Positions 12,561 to 23,549 of a stretch of 64,000 nt of DNA are shown one piece after another. The position numbers and the translations under genes were made by a program. The notes beneath the pieces were generated by a model. That model was not told where the DNA came from and did no database searches. It worked only from the letters and a program-made list of their open reading frames with translations. Position 1 is the stretch's first letter; every line of letters starts with the position of its first letter. The DNA comes from Monocercomonoides exilis PA203 (taxonomy: Eukaryota > Protista > Preaxostyla), in the NCBI GenBank assembly GCA_001643675.2, contig LSRY02000028.1, positions 434,001 to 498,000 on the forward strand. The letters run 5' to 3'.

Positions 12561-13397
12561 CACCATTTATAATTCAAATTTGGAAAACTTATTATTCGAA
12601 TTTGGACAACTAATTATTCAAAATTAATAAACAAATTATTCGATTTTGGTAAACTAACTATTCAAAGTTGTTAAACTTATTATTCTAAATTGTTAAACTT
12701 CTTATGCAAAATTAATAAAAATCAGTATTTTTTAAAAACAATTTTTTTTGATTTAATATGATCACTGGCTGAGTGTCAGAAAGTGATTAAAATGTTTTGT
12801 TTTTTGATTATTCTAAAAAGGGATGAAAAATTAAACTTCGATTTTTATTATTTGTCGAAAAACATGAAATTTTTTGATTTTTCAGAAAAAATTCATCACC
12901 ATGGAAATCGGATAATTTTCAAATGAATAAACCTCACATTATTTGACAACATATCATTCAATCAAGAAAAGTAATTAATTATTAAATTAATTCAGAAGAT
13001 CAATAAAAACAAATGAAGAATCAAAAAAGTGCATTCATGGATTTATTCACTAATAAAAAATTATTGTTTTTTGTTTGTAAAATTGATGCAAATAACTTTT
13101 CTTGATTGAATGATGTGTTATCAAGCAACGTGAGGATAATTCATTTGAAAATTATCCGATTTCCATGGTGATGAATTTTTTCTGAAAAATCAAAAAATTT
13201 CATGTTTTTCGACAAATAATAAAAATCGAAGTTTAATTTTTCATCCTTTTTAAGAATAATGAAAAGAACAAAACATTTTAATTACTTTCTGACACTCAGC
13301 CAGTGATCATATTAAATCAAAAAAAATTGTTTTTAAAAAATACTGATTTTTATTAATTTTGTTAAATTAGTTGACCAAATTCGAATAATAAATGGTG
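12561..13397. mobile_element. Non-autonomous foldback/MITE-type element with long inverted repeats and a TA target duplication
   Basis: Ends are TA|CACCATTTAT ... ATAAATGGTG|TA. Arms at about 12708-12972 and 13095-13360 are near-perfect reverse complements around an about 120-bp spacer. No coding capacity. Confidence 0.92.
12568..12720. repeat. About 7 degenerate tandem 22-bp units (tattattcgaatttggacaact-like) in the left arm of the foldback element
   Basis: Units read directly from the sequence. Only about 2 inverted copies are present in the right arm (13350-13391). Confidence 0.8.
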
Positions 13398-14456
13398 TAG
13401 TCTGTAATGGAATTGTCTGGATCACTTATTCTTTGACATTCCAAACAGCTCAGTCACATTGGAATAAAGAGTGAAATTTGGACTTAACGGGAGAAAAAAT
13501 AAGTATGAAAACCAGAAAGACTTGCTTCAGTCGTCGGAGAGAAGGAAAATATGGTTTTGGACATCATCAAAACTGACTATAATTGAGGAATCAGTTTTTA
13601 GTAAAAAAAAACGAAGAACTGGTATGTTTATGTTTTATTTTATAACAATAATATTTACTATTTCAGATGGTAATATTTTTTGAAAAAGACAAAAGACGAA
13701 AAAGAGTCACATATCACAGTGTAAAATGAGATGACTAATGAATTTCTGAAGAGTTGTTCTGATAGAAAGAAGAGGAAACCGAAAAGATTGGACTTCAAGC
13801 GGCTGACAGTGTAATAAAAAATTGTGATGAAGCCTTGGAACCAAATGCAAACAAAATTTCAATAAAAAAGCTACAAAAAACCTTCGTTTCATTCAACGTT
13901 GACGAATCTTCTTTGAGTGTCTCATCTGCTACCAATATAAGCATTGTGCATTATTTAAACAAAAGCTTTGAATATTTCAATGAAGCAAAAAGAATGAATA
14001 TCTCAACGCTCGTTGCTGCTGTGTTTGAGGATAATTATGTATTGTCTTTCATCATTCTCTGGGCAAGTGAAAATCTTCCGGACGAATATTAGCCACTTCT
14101 CTTGCCCACTTTTGACATCTGGCCAAACAAAAATGGCTGAATGGACAACAAAAACTTCAAGAAATATACAGAAATAGTTCTTCTCCATTCCATAGTTGAA
14201 AGAAAAAAGCGTATATCACTCGAAGCAGAAAAATGCCTTCTCCTTATTGATTCTCATCTTTCAACAGGAAATCCATCTAATTGGAGATCATTTGCATCAC
14301 ATAACATATTCGTCGAAAAAATCATCCACTAGTGCACATATATATCTCGGGCACTCGATACACGAGAGTTTGCAACAATGATGATTTCTCTTTTTCATTC
14401 ATTTGAGTTCATTTATCAACCTCATCTTCAGCTTGGAAAAAAAACTTTTCTATATA

Positions 14457-16458
14457 GGGAACAATTTTTTCTTGACATTTTTCAAATCAAGACCTTTTTT
14501 TATTAAATCAGTTTTTTTCCCACTATTTCAGATGTTCAAAGATTTTTCACACATGTTCGATTTCTAATGAAATAAATGAATTCATTTTGAAACAAACCTA
14601 ATTTCTCATTGGTGTTGGGATAGTGAGGCTTAGCCCCTTCATTGAACTTCTGTGTGGAATTGGAGAGTTACATAATACACAAAACTTTTTGTTTGTTAAA
14701 AGATGTTATTTTTCGATTTTTTTTTCATTTCATTTCAATTTGAAAAATTGAAAATTATTATGATCTTAAAAATATTATTAAAAAAATGAAAATATCAACA
14801 GAAATAAAATTAAAAGAAGGTCAGAAAAAACTGCAGCGCGCAATGTCTTCGCGTAAGTACAGGAAGTATCACAGTCGGCTGGAGCGAATGGCTCATATCG
14901 TTGTTGATGGAGTTGTTCGTATAACTGATGCTATCAATTCTAAGGAATTCAGTCGCACAGGTATCAAATATGCTGTGATAGCTCTCAGAAAAGGAAGGCT
15001 GGTTGGAAAAATTGGCAGACCTGCAGCTGTTGTTGGCGAAAAGGAACAAAGAGTTTTGGATATTATTCACATTGAAGCAAAGTCTGGAACATGTTTAACT
15101 TTAAAAAAAACAAGAGAATTGGTTTGTATAATTTTTATATAATTGTTTTAATCATTTGTTTTTCAGATAGAAAATGTTATAAACGACAACGATGATGAAG
15201 ACTCACCATTTTCAGAAGTTTCAATGTCTGCAACTTACGGCTTTGTCAAGCGTCATCCGGAGCTGAAAACTGGAATGTCGAAGAATCTGTTTATCAATTG
15301 AGTGACTGTTTCGCACTGAAGTGTTTAAGTACCTTGGAGTAAAACGCAACACGATCTGCATGAAAAGTTCCATTTTAATCCAGCTTTGATGATGAATGTT
15401 GATGAATCTTCAACGCGCGTTCCTACAGATTCAAAACAGCTTGTTGTGCATACTGCAGACACAAAAGCAGGTTTCACGAAAGAACCACCAAGAATGATAA
15501 ATTCTTCATTCGTGGCAGCTGTTGCAGCGAATGGATATGCCTTTCATTCTATTATTCTATGGCCAAGTGTCAACCTTCCAGAGAAACTGAAAAGCCTATT
15601 ATCTTCTTCGCTTGAGATATGTGCAAATGGAAGCAACTGGATTGACAACGAGTGCCTTTAAAGGTTTGCACTCACCATTCTTCTTCCTTCGATTATTGAA
15701 AGACGAAAGCGCATGTCACTTGAAAACGAACACATTCTTCTCCTTCTTGACTCGCATGCAACTCGCGCAGATCCATCGATCTGGCGAGATTCCAAAAACA
15801 ACAAGTCGACGTTTTAACCTTCGTGCCACACAGCACACACCTCTGTCAACCACTGGACAGAGGAGTGTTTGCCGTGTTCAAATCTGAACTGACAAACAGA
15901 TTTGAGGCTCCCTCTTCTTCTTCATCTTCCTCCAAACGAGCTGCAATTTCCGACGTTCTGCTTCAAGCTATCCACACTGCATTATCACCTTCTGTAATTC
16001 AGAAAGCTTTTGTCTGCAGTGGTGTTCTTCACAATTCTTCTGGGCCAGTTCTTTTGAAACTGCCCGAATCTTCGATTTACCCTCTTCCGTCCTGAAGAAA
16101 TAGATTCAACTTTTATGGAAAATTGATTACTGACAAAAATCTTTTTGAGAAATGGGAAAATCATTTGAAAATGAATATTGAAAGGAAAAGTGAAACGGAA
16201 GAAAATGAGAAAGATGAAGTGAAGACTGTTGTGGATGAAAAGAAAAAAACAAAAAGAAGATTTCTTCATGTGAAAATCGATGATTCTGACGATGAAAAGA
16301 AAGATAATGCATTAAATCGAGGTGAAGGAAAAAGGAAAGTTATTAGAAGAATTTATTCTGATTTTGTTTTCTTTTAATAATGTTGTCATTTAAACTTTTG
16401 ACACTTCCTTTTTTTTGGGTCAGAATAAAGAAAAAGTGTCAAGATAAAATAATAACCC
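14457..16458 (+). mobile_element. pogo/Tc1-mariner superfamily (DDE_1) DNA transposon, defective, with imperfect TIRs of about 27 bp
   Basis: Left end ta|GGGAACAATTTTTTCTTGACATTTTT; right end AAAAAGTGTCAAGATAAAATAATAACCC|ca. The transposase (14786-16377) has NVDESS, LLLDSH and HLCQPLDRGVF, an intron at 15122-15166, and stops/frameshifts. Confidence 0.85.
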
Positions 16459-16745
16459 CATTTCCTCAAAAAAATCAATCTGCTTATCCTTCATCTGTTA
16501 TCAAATAAGCTTTTGAAATATGTGAAGCCCTTCATTATTCATTCGGACCAGTTCTTCGAGCACTTCTGGAACCATCAAAATTTTCTTTTTTCTCTTTCAA
16601 TGATCGTTTTCATCACTTTGTTAAATTAAAAACATATAAAGAACTTCTTGATGATTCGAAATAGTTTTTGGAGCGAAAAGAAGAAAAAAAGAAAGAATAA
16701 TAGAAAGACATTGGAATGGATGAAATGGATGAATTAATGAACATC

Positions 16746-16749
<4 letters not shown>

Positions 16750-16783
<34 letters not shown>

Positions 16784-16912
16784 TTCAGCAGTTTATTTGT
16801 TTTAATAACATAGCACTACATTTCATTTCATTTAATTTTATTTTGTTTTGTTTTGTTTTGTTTTATTTTGTTTTATTTTTTATTTTTTATTTTGTTTTAT
16901 TTTTTTATTATT
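16750..16912. repeat. Poly-A run followed by a (TTTTA/TTTTG)n microsatellite
   Basis: About 31 A at 16750-16780; pentamer array at about 16820-16912. Confidence 0.8.
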
Positions 16913-17099
16913 TTGACCCAAACGAACAGGAAAACGAATTGATGAAAAGAAAACCAGGAAAAAGGAAGTTTGTTCGAAGAATTGATTTGTCTTTTGTATT
17001 TTCACAAAATATTTCTTAATTTTTCATTTCGAAAATTTGTGTGAAAATGAAAAAAATGTGTTGGGGATAAATGAAGACCTTTCATATGAAAAAATGATT

Positions 17100-19646
17100 T
17101 TTCCATCATTCAAAAACCCGGGAATTTTTCAAAAACCCGGACATCCATCATATTGAAAGATCATTCAATCGTTCTTGACATTTTTCTTTCACACGCATTC
17201 AAAAATTAAATGATGTTCAAGCTGTTGATAATTCATATGTTAATGAAAGAATTGTTCATTCTATAAGAAAGAAATATATGTTTTTCAAAAATTATTTTGT
17301 TATTCTTTCAGTTATTGTGAATTGCATATTTCAAAAATTATTTCTTAAAACTTGTTTTATCAATATTTATTCTTACGAATAATTCACAACGAATGAAATC
17401 ATTTGTTTCTATTTTCATTTGCTTTTTCCAACAAAATCCTATAATTGTGAAAATATTCCAATATTCGATAGCGTCTGATGAAATGAGGAAACAAATGGAA
17501 TTCTAATAAAAGAATCAAACCTTTTAATTTTTCAAAAAGATGAAATGCAATTTATCTGGATTTATCGAATATCAAACTACAAATTTCACAATGAAAAGCA
17601 TTATTATTAAAAGATCTTGCTTCAAATCGTCTTCGCATTTTCATCATCACTTTCATCGTCATTGTACTCAATCCTCAAACATTTTCTCCACAATTTCTTT
17701 TCGCTTTTATTTCTATTTTCTTTTTTTGATATATTCATCATAGCCATCTCATCCTTTTCTTCATTTCTCATCAATTTCAAAAATTCATTTCTTGTTCGTT
17801 TCTTTTTCTTCTTCATCAATATTGACACATCACTGATTGCTGAAGTTTTTTTTCTTTCTTCATCTTTTCCATTCTTGATTGTTTTGCCTTTTTCAATATC
17901 AGCTTTCCTGTTCTCAAGAGTTTTTTCTTCATTTTTCTTTTTCTTTGGAGAAAATCTTCCATACAATTGTTCTTTGTTTTTTTCAACACATAATGATTGG
18001 TTTCTTTCTGGTTCCCCGCTTATTCTTTCCAATACCGGAGCAGCTTTGACCGGCCAAACGCCCGTCTGCCTGAATGCATGTTTTATATTTGATGGAGTTG
18101 TGGCTGCAGAAAGTGCTTCTGGGAGGATGTCAAAAACAGCGGAGCGAAATGCAGAAGCAGAACGATCAGATGAAGTTTTGAAGTTGTTGTTGTACGTTTT
18201 TTTGAACCTTGCAAATATTGAGTTATCGCACGGTTGAAGCAAGTGAGTTAAATTTGGTGGAAATTTCTTGATGATGATGTTTCTTTTTTTTGCAAAAATT
18301 TCAACGGCTTCACTACAGTGTGATGAATGATTATCCATAAGAAATAATGACGATTTTATTCCTCCTTTTTTCATTTTTTCTTCAATTTGAATTAGCCAGT
18401 TTTCGCACATTATTTTTTCGAAGATTTTTGTTGTGATCCAGCCAGATGAAGCAAATATATAGTTGATATTGAATGATGAAAGTGTGAGAAATTCTGAAGG
18501 TGTTTTTTTTGCTGGCCAAAGAAGATAAGAAGGTAAACAAGAGCCATCCGCTCATGCACAAAGGCATAAAGTTGTGTTTGAAGTTTTTTTTTGGTAACGG
18601 TGTAGAAGGGGGTTTTTGATTTTGCAAACAAACCACCAGTTTGCAAGAATCGTCTCCAAAATGAAGTGATGTTTCGTCGAAATTAATTATCCCTGATGCA
18701 CTAATATCATTGTCATTTACAATCTGATGAAGTTCTTCGAACCATTTTTGAATGGCACTTGATGATTGTGAAGATATTTTTGCTGAGTCTAAAGGTTTGG
18801 AAAGCGCTGATTTCAAAACACTGCTTCTTTGAATCGTGTAATACGCCGCATTTAAACCTGGAATTTTGATCTCTTCTTCGTCACGCAATGATTGCTCAAG
18901 ATGCTCCACAATCTAAAAATACTTAGAAAAATTAATTTCCTTGATAAAAAAAAACAAAACCATTTTGTGCACGTCCTTCACTCTAATTGTTTCACCTTTT
19001 GAAAGAAGAACAATAACTTGATTCTCAATTTTTTCTATTAAATCTTGTGTAATAATTGGTGGTCTTCCGTTCACTCCTGCCTGCCTTTTCTGCTTCTCTG
19101 CCGCTATTCCTCTGTACCATGAGCCATTTGATATGGTGCCAGAATCAACAGCCACTTTTCTTGTTATAACATGATCCTTCCGCAGTTCAAATATTTTTGA
19201 GATGTTGTTTTTAACCTTCTTATTTCGGAGGTTGCCAACTTTTTCCTAAGCTCTGATAACGACAATTCTTTTGTAATAGCCATTAATATGGGTTTGATTT
19301 TTGATCATAATTAAAAAAATATGAGAATTAATATTGATTTTTTGTTTGTGAATAAAAAAATGCAATAGGAAAGTATTCATTGAACAATAAAAGTTCTTCA
19401 CGGAAATGCTGGTGTTGATTTTTTTTGATTTCTTATTGAGAAATGAGTTAAAGTTCAAATTGATTCTCTCAACAAGGCGAATTGAATTTTAACGGAAAAT
19501 GATCAAAATTTGGATGGAAAATTACTATCGATACTTTATGGAAAATAAATATGTTGTTGAAAATGCTTTTGAAAGAGATGATCAGATTTCATTATTTCTT
19601 GAAATCCGGGTTTTTGAAAAATTCCCGGGTTTTTGAACGACGGAAA
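17100..19646 (-). mobile_element. Second-family pogo/DDE_1 DNA transposon with 42-bp TIRs and a frameshifted transposase
   Basis: TIRs 17100-17141 and 19605-19646 match at 40/42 and each holds two TTCAAAAACCCGG repeats. The transposase has INFDETS, LMDNHSSH, PPNLTHLLQPCD.SIF and AFRQTGVWP. Intron 18913-18960. Confidence 0.9.
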
Positions 19647-19871
19647 CGAAATTACGTGAAATTGTGATCTAAAATTTGAAGAATATTTTCCAATTGTTAT
19701 TTCGCTTGCAAAAATTTTCCTTTCATATGAAAAAATAATCATTTTATTCGCAAAAATTACATTTTTAACGAAAAAATTATTGTTTTGAGCACAAAATTAT
19801 TATTCTGAATAATATTTCGTGTAAATATTCTGCCCAAAGGCGAGTGAAATGAATTTTCAAAAGAATTCTAT

Positions 19872-21325
19872 TTAGCAATAAACAAAATAATATTCGCAGT
19901 TTTGAAGCAAATGAGCGTTGCCAAATGCTCCTTCACAAAGATAATGACACAACCCGAAGATACAATCTTCGTATCCCTCTTCTTCCATCTTTTCTATCAA
20001 TGTTCTCTTCTTCACTATTTGTTTAGCTTCATCTCTTTCACTTTCATCTGTCACATAATTGAATCTTTGGCAAAGTTCCTTAAAAAACGACAAACAACAA
20101 GAAATAAGTGGTCGATCAACATTTAATAAAGTAATTTCCTCCAAAAAAACATCAACAACTCCACTTTTTAACAAGTGATCAATATCTATATATCTGAGCA
20201 TCGATGCACTTTTTAAGAAATTAATGCAACTATTTCCGATTTCTTTGAGATAATCCTTAACAGTGTGAAATACTCCAACAACACAAACTACAATCCTAAG
20301 AAATTCTCCATCGCCGAATCTGTGCGCGATAAAGTGAGGATTTAATGCTTCAAACCATCTTATTAAAGTTATCACTTCTCTCGATTCCACTCTTCTCTTC
20401 TCTTTCTCATCTTCTTTTCTCTTCCAAACAGCACATCTTGTCAGCTCCTCCATTTCTCCAATTGCTTCTCTCATAAAATGTAGCTTATATGCAATTACTC
20501 CTTCCAAACATATATCTTTGGAAAATCTACGAATCAAAAACTGCCAAACAGACTGATAAGCAAGATGTGTAAGATTATGATGTCCCTGATGATATTGAAT
20601 AATTTCTTTAATTTCATTCAAGTAAAGCTCTTTATTCACATTCTTATAAAAACAAAGAATTAATGTCAAACGAACAAAGATGAAACAAATTCATACCCCA
20701 ATATTTTCAATGCGACTCAAAGCTACCAATGCTATTTCCACATCTTTTTGAACTTCTTCGCTTTTCGCCTTATTCAGCGCAACCTTCAGAAAACAAGGTA
20801 TATTAATTGGTATCAATTCTGACAAATGCTTTCTGAATAAAAATGCATAACATTCGCAAAGATCAGTCAGAAGATTTTCATTCTTTTTTTCTTTTTTATG
20901 GTCTTCTTTGATAATCATTCTCAAAAATCTTTTCCCCAACGAATAAAATAAAAAGTTATCTAAGATAATATTATTAATTGCAACACGATATCCTATATGC
21001 TTCAGTAAGAATAATGCATTTTCCACTGATATTTTCTTTTCTTTTATCATTATATGGATTTTGTTGAACAATTCTTTTTCCAAAACAGAATATAATTCCT
21101 CTTTACCCATCCGTTCCATAAATTCATTCATTTCAATAATTTTTTGTTTCTGCTCTTCCTCATTGCAATCTTCCAATTCAGAAAATAATTCTTTTATAAA
21201 AAATTGAAAAAATCGTAATAAACAAGAAATAAAATACAACATTAATTGTAAACCTATGAACTTATTTGTGTTGTCTGTCTTCTACGTATTTGAAAAAACA
21301 TTGCAACAAGAAAACAGCAACATTT
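19872..21325 (-). pseudogene. Member of a lineage-specific helical protein family (ELFSELEDC.EEEQKQKI ... EKMEEEGYED), disrupted
   Basis: Two ORFs (20691-21242 and 19872-20669) in different frames, plus an upstream exon with an in-frame stop. Motifs recalled as typical of an expanded oxymonad hypothetical family. Confidence 0.55.
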
Positions 21326-23549
21326 TTGCCATTCGCATTGAATTAGCATATGATTGGATAGAAGAAATTGATGAAAACTTATAGCTCAAAATAACCACAG
21401 AAATATATGTGCTTTCACACCATCTTGAATTAGTATATATGACAAGGTATAATGAAGATAAACAACAATCTATCTTTCGATGTTTATTGTTATGGATTTC
21501 ATGATCAAATATTTTTGTTTTTTTCAAAAATGTTCCAAGTCAAAAACAATATAACATCAAATGAAGTTATGTGTGAAAATAAATAACAATATTCTCAGTG
21601 AAATATTAATCACCAATTATTCAACACCAACAACGGAATTCTATTTGAAAGTTCTGGTTTTTGAAGATTAAAATGACTATTTTAATTAAAAATGTCAATA
21701 TTCATAACAGAGAGTCTTTATTTTTGAAATGATTTTATTCTGTTTCTGACTTTTCCATATGAAAAAATTTGAAAGCCAAGAATAGGAAATTTGTTTTTAA
21801 AGGCAGTCTTCGTATTTGAGAGAATAATATACTGAAATAGAACCAAAATGATGCATTTCATTTGATAATCGGAAAAAAATTTAAAGGCAGGTTCTTTTTC
21901 AATTTCAATCTTTATGTTTTATGAAAACAAATTTTGCAAAAAATAAGTTAATTGGAGTCAAAAGGATTTGAAATCCAGAATTTATCTGATGCACGAATAT
22001 AACAAATAGGAGCATTTTAAAGCGGAAATTCTATTAACTTTGATGATTATATTATCCATCGGAATAGATTTTTGAAAGTTAAGAAAAGAAATGAAGAAAA
22101 CGTTTTTTGGTTGATGTTGAAAATACAAATTGAGAGAAATTTGTAATGAATGGGAAAAGAAGGTTACTCTTCAACTCATCATTTATATTATTATCTATTT
22201 ATTTCAATGGTATTGTAATTTGTCAATTTCAGTTTTAGGGATTGGAATCACAAGTCTTTGTGTTTATGGAGTCAACCAGGTGATTATCGGTTGCTGTCAG
22301 CTTTGCTATTAAGAGGATGAAAAGAGAAAATTATATGTTTTCATAAGCCCAAACAACGATACTTCTTCATTGGGTTCTTTTTGGACAATTCATCCATATA
22401 TTTTGAGATCCAATTGCTTTCTTGTCAACTCATTTTGAATTATGTTCATTTGTGTGATATTTGAAGCTGAAAACAGAAGTTGAATATCAGATGTCATTTG
22501 CATCTTCATATTCTTCTTCTTCTTCTTCTTCTTCTTTTGTTGCTGATTCTGCAATTCAATCAACTCTCCTACTCACTTGTTTGTTATTCTGATGAAATGT
22601 CTTCGTATCATCTGTCAGTGGCTCAATTCATCTTGAAAGCTAAGTCTGATGTTCCAAGAAGGCAGATTTCGAAAATGGAATTGTAATCTAATTTAAATGT
22701 TGTTTGATGGTGTGAAAAAAAAATGTGATTGGAACAATAGCATGTTTCTTTTATCTAAATCTTTTTTAATTTCTTTTTATTGTTTTTTTCAAATCAGAAA
22801 TTAAAATTCGTTTTGTGAATGTTTAATTGAAAAGGTTCAAGAAATGTAATCACTTACAAGTGTCGTTCCTTAATTGTTTCCTTTTGGTATTAAACATATT
22901 TAAAATAAAATCAAAACATCTGGAACTGCCTGGCAAATTCAACGAAAAAATAAAGAAAACGGAAATGAAAAGCAAAACAATAAATATTCAAAAAAACGAA
23001 AATTATCCAACTCTAATTAACAGAATTTATTGCTCGATGCAGTTCACATAAGTCAATCAATCCACAAACAAACCCATTTATCTGGGAACAAACTGAAACA
23101 CCAATAAAAAACAAATAATCATAACGCCTCGTGATTTCAATATGAAAGACGAAAAACATGTTACAAAAATGCTAAGTAGTTAACTCGTAATGAAAAAGAA
23201 GCCTTCAAATTTGAGAATACAATTTTGTGCCAAAGTTATGTCAAAACGCAAGCAAATAAAAAACCCAACAAATTACATCAACCCGCAGCAACTAGACAAT
23301 CACGCAATCCAATTGCTGATCAACAAATTCTTCATTGCAGAATCCAAAATGAACTCTTTGATGAGACTAATTCAAATACACCTCGATGAGACTAATGTTG
23401 AAAATCAACAACCATCGAAAAATGCAATCGTTACAAACAGATTTTGTTAAAACAATGATTTGATAATAAACAATTTCTGCAAAGGTTCAATTTCCATAAG
23501 CGGATGCTTCAAGTGCAGCTTCAGTTGCATATATCAGAACAACACTCTT

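Larger units (their letters stand above)
12430..16750 (+). pseudogene. Old, degenerate pogo/DDE_1 transposase copy (host element), split into three pieces by two insertions
   Basis: Three pieces each align to the copy at 14786-16377: KYKSKEKRIAHI (to 12560); VCNGIVWIT...FNVDESS...LLLIDSH (13400-14456); and FPQ...SSVIK*AF...HYSFGPVL (16461 to about 16700). Many stops and frameshifts. Outer limits are approximate. Confidence 0.8.

Noticed and set aside
12568-12720. Regular 22-bp repeats as a CRISPR array
   Set aside because: No unique spacers and no cas genes; eukaryotic context; the repeats are part of a transposon arm.
22130-23450. Short ORFs and a (CTT)n tract
   Set aside because: Possibly a decayed gene, but no frame or motif could be supported.
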